DNA of 63,479 nucleotides, counting the filler, from Octopus bimaculoides (taxonomy: Eukaryota), in assembly GCF_001194135.2 (NCBI RefSeq). It is 3 parts of 3 records of this genome, joined end to end, with 100 filler letters (N's around TTAATTAATTAA, not from the genome) between each part and the next. Parts side by side here need not be neighbours in the genome. Positions count along the whole stretch, not along the records: positions 12,857 to 37,945 come from NC_068988.1; positions 38,046 to 63,479 come from NC_068982.1; 1 more part is not named here. One strand, given 5' to 3'. Below are positions 25,660-38,106 of the stretch, piece by piece (position 1 is the first letter of the stretch; every line of letters begins with the position of its first letter). The notes below the pieces were generated by a model. The model had not been told where the DNA came from and made no database searches. It saw only the letters and a program-made list of their open reading frames with translations. A program made the translations under genes and the position numbers.

Positions 25660-26043
25660 CTGGACGAAAACAAAAAGAAAATAGAGAAAACAGTTATAAC
25701 CAAATCAGTGAATGCAATTGAAACAATATCAAATAGCCATCTCTGTGTCATGCTAGATGTATATACATCATTGAAAGGCAAGCTGCCATAATTTTTGTCT
25801 GAGAGAAAATCTTTCCATAGAGATGGTGTGTTAAAAAGAAAATATATATCAAAATTAAACACAATCATTGCAACAGTGATTTGCGAGACCATTAGACATC
25901 TTGGACCTTGTGAAAAAATGTACTCATTTGTCACCTGCCTTAACAAAAGATGGTTACTTTTATTTCGTGCTGATTGAAGTGCATATATGAATATATATAA
26001 GTACATATATACATGCATATACATGTGTGTGTGGGGGTGTACT

Positions 26044-26089
<46 letters not shown>

Positions 26090-26985
26090 TGTGATTAAGA
26101 AGACATACCAAGTTACTTATGTACAAGGTTGTCCTTACATACAGGCATGCCTTTTGCATACAGGCATTCCTTTTGCATACAGGCATATCACCTGTATCAG
26201 CTGAATATTCCTAATCATAAAAAGCACCTGTGCCATGTAAAAGCATCCATGCCAGTGCTGCATAAATGCATCCAGTACACTCTGTAAGGTGGTTGGCATT
26301 AGGAATGGCATCCAGCTGTAGAAACCATACCAAAATAGATATGGAGCCTGGGCAACTCTTCAGCTGGCCAGCTCCTGCCAAACTGTTCAACTCATGCCAG
26401 CATAGAAAACAGACATTGAATGGTACTGATGATACTGAAATTGCCCTCCAAATTTCATAATTCTTTGCCTTTCATATAACTTAGTAGGTATGAGAAATTA
26501 CAGAATATATTCTGGATATGCGCATTACCTATGTCAGAACAAGTTGGGTAGTATTTATGATAATAAATTAATAACTGGAAAGTAATAAAATTGAAAAGAA
26601 ATTGCAACTGTGCAAAATAAAATAAAATTGACTAAATAATGTACAACAGCTTAAATCCATGCATATCTCTCTCTCTCTTTCTCTCTCTACACACATAGAC
26701 ACATATTCAAAAGAATCTTGCACACACATAATGTGTGTGTATGCATATATATATATAAACATATACATACATACATGCATGAATGCAAATACACACATAC
26801 ACAAATACACACTCATAATCACACAAAAAGGTGAGTAAGCCGAAACTGTAAAATCAGTCAACTATTCATTGTGAAAGTTTAGTAAGCATGTATTCTACTA
26901 ATGTTAACCTGGATTACTCAGTACTTTTTAGTAGAGTGTATGCTTATTAAACTTATATAATGAAAATTTGACTGATTTTTATAAT

Positions 26986-27048
<63 letters not shown>

Positions 27049-27735
27049 CAAGGTGGTATCAAAAAGTTCCCAGACTAGTGCTGTAGCATGCCAACAGATG
27101 GTGCAGTTGCATGCACAATGAGAGCTAGCAGTGACCTTCATGAGACAGTGTGCCAAGTGACATTGCTGTGTTTACTTTGCAAGTTGTGAAATTTGTGTTT
27201 TTGTAACCATGTGTATGCTGTAGTCTACGATTTTGTCATGGGAAGGAAGTTGGAACAAAGAGCCAATGCGAAATTTTCCATTAAACTTGGGAAGTCTGCT
27301 ATAGAGACATTGAATATGCTTTGGCAAGCTTACAGCAATGAGGCAATGGGTTGTATGCAATGTTTCATGAGGCACGAATGCCTCAAAAGTGGAAGAACAT
27401 CTCTGGAAGATGATGAGCGATCAGGAAGACGTGCCATGAGTATCACCCCTGGAAATGTGGAGAAAATTCATCAGCTTGTGCATGAGGACCTTCAGAAGAC
27501 GATCAACAATATTGCTGATGTTGTTGGTCTGTCATATGGGTCTGTGCAAGCAATCCTAATGTCTGAATTGAACATGCGGCATGTCTCTGCCAAGTTTGTC
27601 CCCTGCTTGCTGACCACTGAGCAGAAAGAATATCATGTCGAAGTCTGTCAAGATCTCCATCAGTGTGCTGCTGACAGCCCATCCTTCATGTCAAGGATCA
27701 TCCCCAGTGACAAGAGTTGAGTCTACGGTTACAGC
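27049..27735 (+). mobile_element. mariner 5' half, truncated by a family C SINE
   Basis: TA|caaggtggtatcaaaaagttcccagact terminus in (TA)n; ORF ...EQRANAKFSIKLGKSAIET...LEDDERSGR...VSAKFVP...IIPSDKS*VYGY. Confidence 0.85.
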
Positions 27736-27968
27736 CCGTCATATGTGTGTGTGTGTTCATGTGTCTGTTTTTGTCCCCCACCATCGATTGACAACTGATA
27801 TTGGTGTGCTTACATCCCGTAACTTAGCAATTCGGCAAAAGATACTGATAGAATAAGTACTAGACTTACAAAGAATAAGTCCTAGGGTCGATTTGTTCGA
27901 CTAAAGACAATGCTCCAGCTTGGCGACAGTCAAAAAATGACTGAAACAAATAAAAGAATATATATATA

Positions 27969-28001
<33 letters not shown>

Positions 28002-28247
28002 NNNNNNNNNNNNNNNNNNNNNNNNNNNNNNNNNNNNNNNNNNNNNNNNNNNNNNNNNNNNNNNNNNNNNNNNNNNNNNNNNNNNNNNNNNNNNNNNNNN
28101 NNNNNNNNNNNNNNNNNNNNNNNNNNNNNNNNNNNNNNNNNNNNNNNNNNNNNNNNNNNNNNNNNNNNNNNNNNNNNNNNNNNNNNNNNNNNNNNNNNNN
28201 NNNNNNNNNNNNNNNNNNNNNNNNNNNNNNNNNNNNNNNNNNNNNNN

Positions 28248-28302
<55 letters not shown>

Positions 28303-28309
28303 ATGTATA

Positions 28310-29183
28310 GCTCCTACCTCTGCTGGTAACAAAGGACCTGTCGGTCAGAGTGAAAGGTGAAAGGCGAACAGCCATGCACCGGCAGTGAAACATGGGCTGT
28401 AACTCTGAGGACATGCGTAGGCTTGAAAGAAATAAAGCTAGTATGCTCTGCTGAACGTGTAATGTCAGTGTGCAAACATGACAAAGTGTAAGCACCCTGA
28501 GAGAAAAGTTGGACATAAGAAGCATCAGATGTGGTGTGCAAGAGGAACAACTGTGCTGGTATTGTCATGTGTTGAATATGGATGAGGACAACTGTGTGAA
28601 GAAGTGTCACACCCTAACAGTGGAAGGAACCTGTGGAAGAGGTAAACTCAGGAAGACATGGGATGAGGTGGTGAAGCACAACCTTTGAACGTTGGGCCTC
28701 ACAGAGGCAATGATAAGCAACTGAGACCTTTGGAGATATGCTGTGCTTGAGAAGACCTCGCAAGCCACGTGAGATTGTAGTTGTGGCCAATGCCAGTGTC
28801 ACATAACTGACCCATTTAAAAGCACTCTTCAATCGTCGGGCAATATGCTGTGCTTGTGAAGACCTGTTGAACCAAGTGAAACTGTAGTTGTGACTGATGC
28901 CAGTGCTGCCTGAGTGGCACCAGTGCTAGTGGCATGTAAAAAACACCATTCGAGCAAGGCCAATGCCATTGCTGCCTGACTGGGTCCCATGCTGGTGACA
29001 GGTAAAAGGCTCCTACTACACTCTCAGAGCTGTTGGCGTTAGGAAGGGCATCCAGCTGTAGAAACCTTGCCAAATCAGATTGGAGCCTGGTGCAGGCCCC
29101 TGGCTTGCCAGTCCTCAGTCAAACTGTCCAAGCCATGTCAGCATGGAAAGCGGACATTAAATGATGACGACGACGACGATGAT
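28310..29183 (+). mobile_element. RTE-clade LINE 3' end with 3' UTR and (GAT/GAC)n tail
   Basis: MRRLERNKASML...QLCWYCHVLNMDEDNCVKKC...GRGKLRKTWDEVV; the UTR carries ggaagggcatccagctgtagaaac. Confidence 0.8.
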
Positions 29184-29439
29184 ATTCAAGAGTTAAGGAA
29201 TGGAGTAGATAAAATCCAGACTGCATATGAAAGTGGTTAATGTCCAGGCAAGGTGTATACCACAGGCTACTCTTCAAAGTCAAGGTTATCTTGATTAAAT
29301 GAAGTTTACACTATCATAAGGAGGCCCATGTTAACACACAGAGGATTTGATCAGAATAAACCACTATTGTTCAATAGGAGCTAAGCCTGGACAGTATAAT
29401 ATGGAAGACAGGTTGCTACCAATGCAATATATCCCACCT

Positions 29440-29740
29440 CTCCATATTACTAATGGATCCAAAGAAGCATTACAATTCAGTACCAGCATCTTTGTAGGAA
29501 TTGCCAGGGGCTCCAAATCGTGGTATTTTCTCAGAGTTTACTCCTGAAGCCTTTCCCATGACTGGGTATAGCTGCAAGGCAGCAGAGATTTAGAGTCAGG
29601 GTTCTCCTGGCCCTAGATGGGCCAAGGTGCTTCCCTGGCCCATCTAGATGGGTGCTGCCCTGGCCCATCTAGATGGGTGCTGCCCTCACTACCCAGGCTA
29701 ACGAGTTCCATCTGCCAGTTTGACTTGCTAATTAATCCAC
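29440..29740 (-). mobile_element. RTE-like 5' UTR fragment with a 25-bp tandem duplication
   Basis: ctgccttgcagctatacccagtcatgggaaaggcttcaggagtaaac resembles RTE 5' UTRs as I recall them; the unit ccctggcccatctagatgggtgctg occurs twice (29633-29682). Confidence 0.4.
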
Positions 29741-30251
29741 AGCTGTGACTCTGGGTTTGAGTAGACCTGAGAACAGTAGTGACTAGGATTGGTTCCATAC
29801 TCCTCAAAACCATGGAACTTCTAGATCAGGGTCCCACTACTAGATATGAGCAGGAACCCAAAAGTAACTGGAAATGTTCTCTGTGGGACAAGTCCATTGT
29901 AGTTTAGGCTTCCACTCCTAGAAGCCACTTGATGCTACCCTCAGACAGCAGTCTGTCGACCAGCACCATTGATTGAGGTTGTACTGCCACATCGTGCAGA
30001 GCCTCTCCCCAGTTCGTCAATGACTGAAATGAAGAAACAGCATGCTTCCATGGTCCAATGCATTGTTTCAGAGAATACTCTGAAGGCAATAAAAGTGTAA
30101 ACATGTAAAACTAAGTGAATAAAAATAATACTGCAAAATTCCAGTTTCTTTGCGCACCCTCTCATATAGTCATAACCAGGACAAAAGCAGCAAAATATAA
30201 ACTAAATAAAACAGGACAATGAAATAAAAATAATTAAATGAAATGGCTTAC

Positions 30252-30363
30252 CATGCTGATGAAATGTTAGATGTATGATGTTTTGGGCTATTCCAATTAA
30301 ATTCATACCATCCATAAAGCCGGCCTCGTAATATATGTTAGATATAAAGGTCTTGATAAGTAT
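30252..30363 (-). CDS. Coding exon of a FAS1 (fasciclin)-domain protein, candidate nested antisense gene
   Basis: Minus-strand acceptor ttctgttccAG and donor CATG|GTAAGC; 112 bp, phase 0-1. The only open frame reads ILIKTFISNIYYEAGFMDGMNLIGIAQNIIHLTFHQH. Joins in phase to exon 25526-25659 (G+AT = Asp). Confidence 0.7.
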
Positions 30364-30681
30364 CTGGAACAGAATTTGTGATGCAATTGAAAAAATATTT
30401 ATGTGTGTGGTGTGTATGTGTATGTAAATGCATGTATGTACACACATACACACACACACATGCACACAAGAGTATTCTTATTTGTTTAAAGTGATAAATG
30501 CAGATGTAAAGTTAAGTGAAATATGTATGGTGATGTTGCTAAATGCAAAAGAGAAATCTTATTCTATTACCTTCATTGATTGTTTAATGATCCTATAATA
30601 TTTCAGGAAAGATTCCTCTTTACAAAAGAGAAGAAAGAAAGTAACCAAAGAGTTCAAAGGTACATGTTGTTACCGATATAC

Positions 30682-30749
<68 letters not shown>

Positions 30750-30801
30750 CATTTTTGGATTTGGTTTGCAAGATTTTTTATGTGATTTCGTGTGTTGAAG
30801 C

Positions 30802-31062
30802 ATATTCTGTTTTGTCTGGGGAGAGTCATTTTCTTATTGTGCCTTAAAATTTAACACACTCACCGGTAAAATTTCCACTTATTTCTTATTTTTATTTTCC
30901 TAAAATTTTCGTCTTGCAACCTTATCAATAGTCTACACTATTGAAAAGGTTGCAAGAGGCAACGAAAATTTTAGGAAAATAAAAATAAGAAATAAGTGGA
31001 AATTTTACTGGTGAGTGTGAAGGCACAATAAGAAAATGACTCTCCCCAGATACAACAGTATA
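30802..31062. repeat. Long near-perfect palindrome (MITE or inverted PLE junction)
   Basis: tctggggagagtcattttcttattgtgcctt...tgcaacctt.tcaatagt is mirrored around a centre near 30934. Confidence 0.8.
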
Positions 31063-31113
31063 TATATATACATATATATATATATAATCCAGATAATAGG
31101 ACAAAGATATACT

Positions 31114-31394
31114 TTAACACATCTTTAATGGTCAGTTACAATTGTTTCTGTATCACCTCTGCTTGCAACACCAGCTTATGCAATATTCAAAAAGAAAATT
31201 AACGTAATATTTGCAGTTTTAGACATTAGAGTGGCCCAATCTAAGAGTGTACCTTCAATGCAAGTCTGATAAAGTGCCACTCTAATATCTAAAACCACAA
31301 ATATGTAAATTTTCACTTCAAATAGTGTGTTAACTGGCATTGGAAGCAGAGTTGGTAAAAAAACAATTGTATCTGATTATTAAAGATATGTTAA
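31114..31394. repeat. Diverged palindromic MITE-like element
   Basis: Outer arms ttaacacatctttaat.gtcagttacaattgttt / aaacaattgtatctgattattaaagatatgttaa; inner arms 31217-31235 / 31276-31294. Confidence 0.7.
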
Positions 31395-31460
31395 AATATT
31401 TCTTTGTTTTATTATTTGGATCATATTTTACTCTTAGCTACACCCACACAATAGTTTTAC

Positions 31461-31577
31461 CTTCATGTAACTAAGATTTTCTATACCTGTAGAATTTTGG
31501 TATTCACTTGAAATCCAACAGTGCTCATAGTCCAGAACTAAGGTTGAGTGCTTCTCTGGCAATACCGTATTTATACC
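31461..31577 (-). CDS. Probable upstream exon of the same FAS1 gene (degenerate H1 region)
   Basis: Donor ATGAAG|GTAAAA gives phase 0, matching exon 30363. Reads GINTVLPEKHSTLVLDYEHCWISSEYQNSTGIENLSYMK; spacing fits FAS1 GL..TL...FTVFAPTNEAF...LK but residues are degenerate. The acceptor is weak (alternative start 31555). Confidence 0.4.
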
Positions 31578-31588
31578 CTACTAGGACT

Positions 31589-31624
<36 letters not shown>

Positions 31625-31740
31625 AAAAATGGGTAGAGATGGCTTCTTGGAGGGGATAATTTTTATTTTAATCTTAATAATAATGTTTACAGTTAGTTAC
31701 TCTGATATGAGTTTCAAGCTTAAAATAGCTGTTTTCAAAC

Positions 31741-34700
31741 TCTTTTCTTTATTCACCATGCAAGAGTTAAAAAAATGAAGAGAAGACGAAGCAAGGACAG
31801 ACAAACAGACAAGGTGTCGGGGATCGAATGAGAGTAACAGAGTGAAGGATGAACATTAAAAATTCAAGACAATAAATAATGATAAAGTAAAACAATGGAT
31901 GATTAACAAAATGAAGCAGAGGACGTGGTTGACACAAACCACGTTCTTACACTGAAGACTTTATTTCTCCTTTTATGTTCTCGCTCAAACAGGTTCTTTC
32001 CCTCTCAACATATTTGCTACAGACTTCCATCTTTTTTGAAACACACTGTGTGACAGGCATTTCTTCTCCAGCCTTATTTTTCTTTCTATGTGGAAAACGA
32101 AAAAGTTAACTAACCCAAGGCTGGAGATAAAAATGCCTGTCATGATCCCTTTCACTCTTGTCTTCCATACTACCTCTTTTGCAATAGTTACTACCGAGAG
32201 AAAACAAGCCTGCTTTTCCCTTTTCGGGGAGGGTGGCAGAACAGTCTTAATTATAGATTTGGTTGACAGTTGTACTCTTCTCAGATGTGACAGCAGGTGT
32301 TCGACATAAGCCCAGAGTTCTGAAATCTTTGGACATTGTACAATTGCGTGCAGAACAGTTTCACTGTCCTGCCCGCATCTTGGACAAGTCAGCGAGGACG
32401 AAGAACCATGCCTAAAGAGCTTATCCTGAACAGGTAAAGCATCTCTGTAACACTGCCATGGCAGGGACATCTGGTAATTGTCCATAGGCCCTGGCCTAAA
32501 TGTTCTTTGGAACAGGCTGACGTGTTGACCTTCATCAAAGTCCAGGTCGTCTACCAACCCTCTATAGAAGGACGAGGTGGAACCCCCATCACCAGCATTG
32601 CCCTACTGGGAAAGAAGCATGAGTGCCTGACTACATTCTGCATGCCAAGCCCCCAACCTTGGTCTATGCTTAATCCATGGTTCCAGTTCAGTAAAGGATG
32701 TGAACCGTGGAAATAACAGTTTGACAAATGGAGACCACACCTGTTCACTGTTCAGGTAAAGCCAGAGGTGCCTAAGCCTCAACACATGTCTGTGCATTTT
32801 TAGCCATGGCATCCCTAGCCCACCATTCTGTGGTTTTTGGCAGCAGATAGAGTGCCTTACAAGAGGTCCCTCCACAAAAAGCAGAAGAGCATGCATTCCA
32901 ACTTGTTCATCCATGAATCAGGGCAAGGTATGACGGTCAGGCGGTAGGTAATTACAGATGCGATAAACACACGTGCAACCTCTGCCCTCCCTTTCAGCGA
33001 CAGCTTCTGCTCAGACCAAGTCTGAGTTAGGAGAGCAACTTTGCTCGCTACCTTGCTCCAGTTCTTCTCTATCTGAAGATCTGGACCTAATCATATTCCA
33101 AGCATTTTCACCGGACCGTCCGTCCAACGTCCCATGATGCTGTTAGACAGCATCAACTTGCTCCTCCAGGTTCCGAGTTGCAAGCTGACCGATTTATCCC
33201 AGTTAATTTTTGCTCCTGCCACCGCTTCATAATCCCTTATAGCCTCACCTATCCACTGTAGGCCTCGTCTACCCAGGATACGATGACAATGATGTCATCT
33301 TTGTATGCTGAAACTGACTTTCTGCACCCTAGATCTTGTGGAGTGCCCCTCATAGCCTCCAACTTCTTCAGCAATGGCTCGAGGGCCAAAACATACAGAA
33401 GCGGAGAGAACGGACACTCTTGGCGCACCAATCATTTAATGCAGAATGGCTCCAAAAAGAAACTGTTCACCTGAACTATCCATTCAATGTGGCTATATAA
33501 AGTGGTGAGCCACCCATGGAAGGTCGGGCTGAAACCAGCCACCACAAGGACCACCGCCAGATACTGATGGTCAATCCTATCAAATGCTTTTGATTGTTCT
33601 AAATGGACCATAGCTCCACCCTTGCCAGGAATTCTATTTACCCTCTCTAAGGCATAGCGGAGAAAGTGGAGATTGTTGCGAATGCTCCTGCCTGGGATGG
33701 CACATGTTTGTGCCTCCCCAACAAGTCCACTCATGACCCGTGCCAACCTTTTTGCTAAAACCTTGGCCAAAATCTTCATCTCTGTATTAAGCAGAGTGAT
33801 GGGCCTAAAATTATCAGTTATGTCTCCCTTGTTTGGATCCTTTCTTAGCAGCATCACAACTCCCCAGTTCACAGACTTGGAAATCCTCCCATTTTGCTGG
33901 CAGTTGGTATAGACGCATGCAAGTAGGTGCCCAAACAAGTCTGGCATACTACAATACAGTTCATAGAGTAGACCATCTAGTCCCAGCGACTCATTCCTGC
34001 CGCAATCTGATAACACTTCCTCCACCTCCATAGCTGTGATCGACCCTTCACAAAATTCTGCTTCCTACCCTGAGAGACATGGCGATCTGGCAAGGAAGTC
34101 TGCGGGGTCCTCCCTGTGTTCTGGTCCACCACCCCTCCCATAAAGCTGGGTGAAATGCTCATGAAACACCTTGCATATCTCGGGTTCATTTACTGAATGA
34201 CCATGTGGGTCCATCAAAGACAGTATGGTTGAGCTGTTACCATGTTGGCTTTCTACCACTCGAGCCCATCTGGCCAAGTTGATTCTTTCTTGTCCCATTC
34301 ACGTATCTTAGTCCTGACAATGCACCTTCGGGTTTAGCTTTGAGATGTTACTTGAGCGCCAACCTCACTGCTAAAACCTTGGATGCAGAGCCTGACCTCA
34401 TTACCTCTTCAAGTGCCTTAGCTAGCTCTCTTTCTACTCTATTTCTAGTACTAGCTAATTCCTTACTGAACCTAATTGACTCAAATTTTATGGCTCTAAG
34501 ATTTGAGGGCTTACCACCATTTATTATTTATAATGGATCCGGTTAATGCCCTCATAACTAGCTGTCTAATCCGGTTCCTGTAGGCTTGACAGTTCAAGAG
34601 CGACTTGTTTAGATTCCAGTAACCTGATCTCTGTCTACACATGCTATCTAAGTCAAGAGTACAGGTCACAAATTCGTGATCACTGTAGTTGACAATGTGG

Positions 34701-37150
34701 TGTTGTGGACAACTAACTATTTTCTTATCCTTACTTCTTACAATAATCCTGTCTAAATAAAATCTGGACGACTTATTGTTTTTTGCCCATGTCCACAAAA
34801 GAACGTCTGGGTGGCCCAGTCTGAATCAGTCTGCCACCTGAAAATGACTTAGCAGACTGCTGAGGCAAGGGTTTTCCCCTCCTATCTGGGTTTGAGACAA
34901 CACAATCTATACATGCATCACAGATTGTGTTAAAGTCACCTAACACTACTAAAATGTGCAACGTCACTAGAAAATTCTCTAGGCTTCTGAAGTAGTCTGA
35001 CTGTCCAGCTCCACAGGGAGCATAGACAGCCACCAACCTGAACACTTTACCACTGCTGTGTGTCAAATCCAAAATGACCAACCTGCCTTTTGGATCTACA
35101 AAGACAGTTCTTATCTCTAAATCCAGATTTTTCCTGAGTAGAACTACAACACCTCCTCCCCATCCAGGTTGGCTTGGAGAAATAAATTTCTCATAGCCAT
35201 TTAAGAGGGGTGAAAATGCCTGCAGCCCACTCTGTCTGGTTTCGGTAGCGACTATTAAATCTAAACTATGCAACCTGAGGTCGTCAAGGAGGCAGCTTTG
35301 CTTCCAATCCGAACCCAGGCCATGTACATTTATACAACCTATTTTGAGCAAGAAAATAAAAGTTGACTTACTGTTTTAAGAGGAGGGAGGATGTTAAACC
35401 CTCCTCTTTCCTGTCTTCAGGTGCTGTAGTTTGTGGGGTTACCCTTAAAAATTGTCTGTATAGATGGTTCGAAAAATTCATTTACAAAGGCCACATGTCC
35501 TCTGAAAATAATTTATTTATTTCGCTATACTCCACATTATCAATGGTGAAAAATTCGATATATGGAGAGACCAGTAAATTTTCAGCTATTTTATATATTT
35601 TTGCTGATTTGGCCTGTTTTATTTTTTTCCTTTAGAAAGGCATTTTTTGAATTTATAGCAGTTATATTTTTTAGTCTTTTCTTTGGTGATTGGTGGGGAG
35701 TGTGTGCGTGCTTGTGGATGAGTGTGTGTTTGTGGGTGCTTGTGTGTTTGTGGGTGCATGTGTAGGTGTGTGTGTGCTTGTGAGTATCTCTGTGGGTGTG
35801 TATGTACTAGTGGTTGGTGTATCAGATGAGGAGGGTCTTTTCTCTTTCTCCTTCTTTTTGGTAGGCCAACAGTGACCCACTCTTGGTTTTCTGTCCCCTC
35901 CCGCAGTGCTGGCTGTTCCTTGACTGGTGGGGGCACCGCAGTTGTTGTCTCTAGTGGTGTGGTTGTTTTCTCTTCTTTTTCCTTCCTCTTTTCGCATTCA
36001 GCTCGAATGTGGCCCTTTTTTCCACATTTGTAGCAATGGGGCTTACATCCTTCTACAAGGACCTTCAAGTTAACAGCTTCCCCAATTATTATGGAATTGG
36101 GGATCTCTTCTAAGTCTAGGGGCATGGCTTGAATTATTACGTGTCTAGCCTATCCAATTTTGGAGGTGGTATTTGGTGGCATGGAGGATAGTAATTTTAT
36201 CCTCCAGGCTCATTATTATGGTGGCCACTAGCCAAGCTACGTCAATTTCTGGTGGTATCTCCGCCACCCTTACCTTAGATGTTCCTCTTCCAAGGTAAGT
36301 CAGCAGGGGAACCACTTCTGTTGATTTTAGTGTGGCTGTGGAGTGTTCCCTAGCTTTCTCATCGCTAGGAAAATGAAACTCCACAGTTCCAAAACGTCTG
36401 CCCCGACAATATAAGTTGTCTCTTGCCAGATGGGCCTCAGACATTTTTCAGTTTTCTCTCTTTGTTAACAAAGTCGATCTTTTTAGTTTTCCTTTGGGTA
36501 ATATGTGAAATCTCAGTTGGAGGGACCAATTTAATATCATGTCCCTCCTAGAGTAACAGACCTTTGTATTTTCCCAGTTCGTTTTTGTCAAATTTTAGGT
36601 CTTCCTTGGTACAAGTTGAAGCAGCTGCAAAATTCACAGTATTTCTTGACATTTCCACCTGTTCAACAAGCACATTTTTTCCTTTTGCCTGTTTAAAAGG
36701 TACATTTCTTTCCTCAGCCTGTACAACAGGCACATTTCCTTCTTCTGCCTGTACAACAGCCATGTTTATTTCTTCCACCTGTTCGACAGGCATATCTTTC
36801 TTTTCCATTTGTTCCATTGGTACACCTGTCAATAAGGCTTCCAAAATGTTTCCATAGATTAGCTCTTCCTCAGAATAAATGAGTGACAAATTCATATTTG
36901 CAAGATTATTTTCCCCTTTGAAACGAGTGGGAAGGGAAAAAATAAATCTGCTACAAAGCAGAAAACAAGTAGTGTTTTAGAAAAACACAAAACAAACAGT
37001 TCACAGTAACAATATCAACAATATCATTAAACTTTCACCGGCGCGAGAAAAAACATGCCTGAACAATGCCATAGCCGTTTTCAAACTGAAAAATGTATGT
37101 TTTAGTGGTTGCTTAAATAGAAAAGGTATTTTTCTTACAAGTATACAGAC
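31741..37150 (-). mobile_element. Near full-length Tx1/L1-clade LINE with decayed ORF1 and ORF2
   Basis: ORF1 zinc knuckle CYKCGKKGHIRAEC (about 36060-36000); ORF2 APE start MLKIGCINVHGL (35351); RT motifs NFRPITLLNTEMKILAKVLAKRL, VRQECPFSPLLYVLALEPL, AYKDDI; C-terminal CPRCGQDSETVLHAIVQC; AATAAA at 31753-31748. The 5' boundary is approximate. Confidence 0.9.
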
Positions 37151-37689
37151 AAAAAAAATATACACAAAAAAGGGAAAAAATAAATCTGCTACAAAGCAGA
37201 AAACAAGTAGTGTTTTAGANNNNNNNNNNTATATATAAAATACAAAAGCATGTGTGAAGAAGAAGAACAAGAACAACAACAACATGGAAGAAAAAGGCAA
37301 AGAAGTAGAAGAAGAAAGTAAATGAAATAAAGAAAAACTGAAAGTAAATATATGAATAAAAATAAAGATAAGAGTAAAGATAAGGCTAATAGTAATTGAA
37401 AACAGTGAGGAGGAGAGTTAAGTCTATCAAGAATAAAGTAATGGAATATTTTGGAGGGGATAATGTTGTGTTCTTGTTGAATGGTGACCTGTGTGGTGCC
37501 TATTGATTTGAGGTCACCTATTCAGTTCTCACAGGTGGTATGGTGTGCAAACACGCACACACATACAGACACTCACACACACCGACACACACACACATAC
37601 ATATATTGAGAAAAAGGAGACAGTCAGAATTTTGGATAATACTTTATTAGTGCTTTCGTTCATTTATAATATTGGATAATACTTTAACA

Positions 37690-37945
37690 TTTTCGTTCAT
37701 CATCATCATCATCATCATCATCGTTTAACGTCCGCTTTCCATGCTAGCATGGGTTGGACGATTTGACTGAGGACTGGTGAAACCGGATGGCAACACCAGG
37801 CTCCAGTCCGATTTGGCAGAGTTTCTACAGCTGGATGCCCTTCCTAACGCCAACCACTCAGAGAGTGTAGTGGGTGCTTTTACGTGTCACCCGCACGAAA
37901 ACGGCCACGCTCGAAATGGTGTCTTTTATGTGCCACCCGCACAAG
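37690..37945 (-). mobile_element. Family D repeat (RTE 3' UTR or partner SINE)
   Basis: Matches 28990-29183 with (GAT)n tail; related copies at about 17690-17835 (-), 24724-24826 (+) and 26230-26440 (+). Confidence 0.75.
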
Positions 37946-38106
37946 NNNNNNNNNNNNNNNNNNNNNNNNNNNNNNNNNNNNNNNNNNNNTTAATTAATTA
38001 ANNNNNNNNNNNNNNNNNNNNNNNNNNNNNNNNNNNNNNNNNNNNTATATATATATATATATATATTAGTTTTCAGTATTCTGAGAAGGCAGGAAATGTA
38101 CATTAC

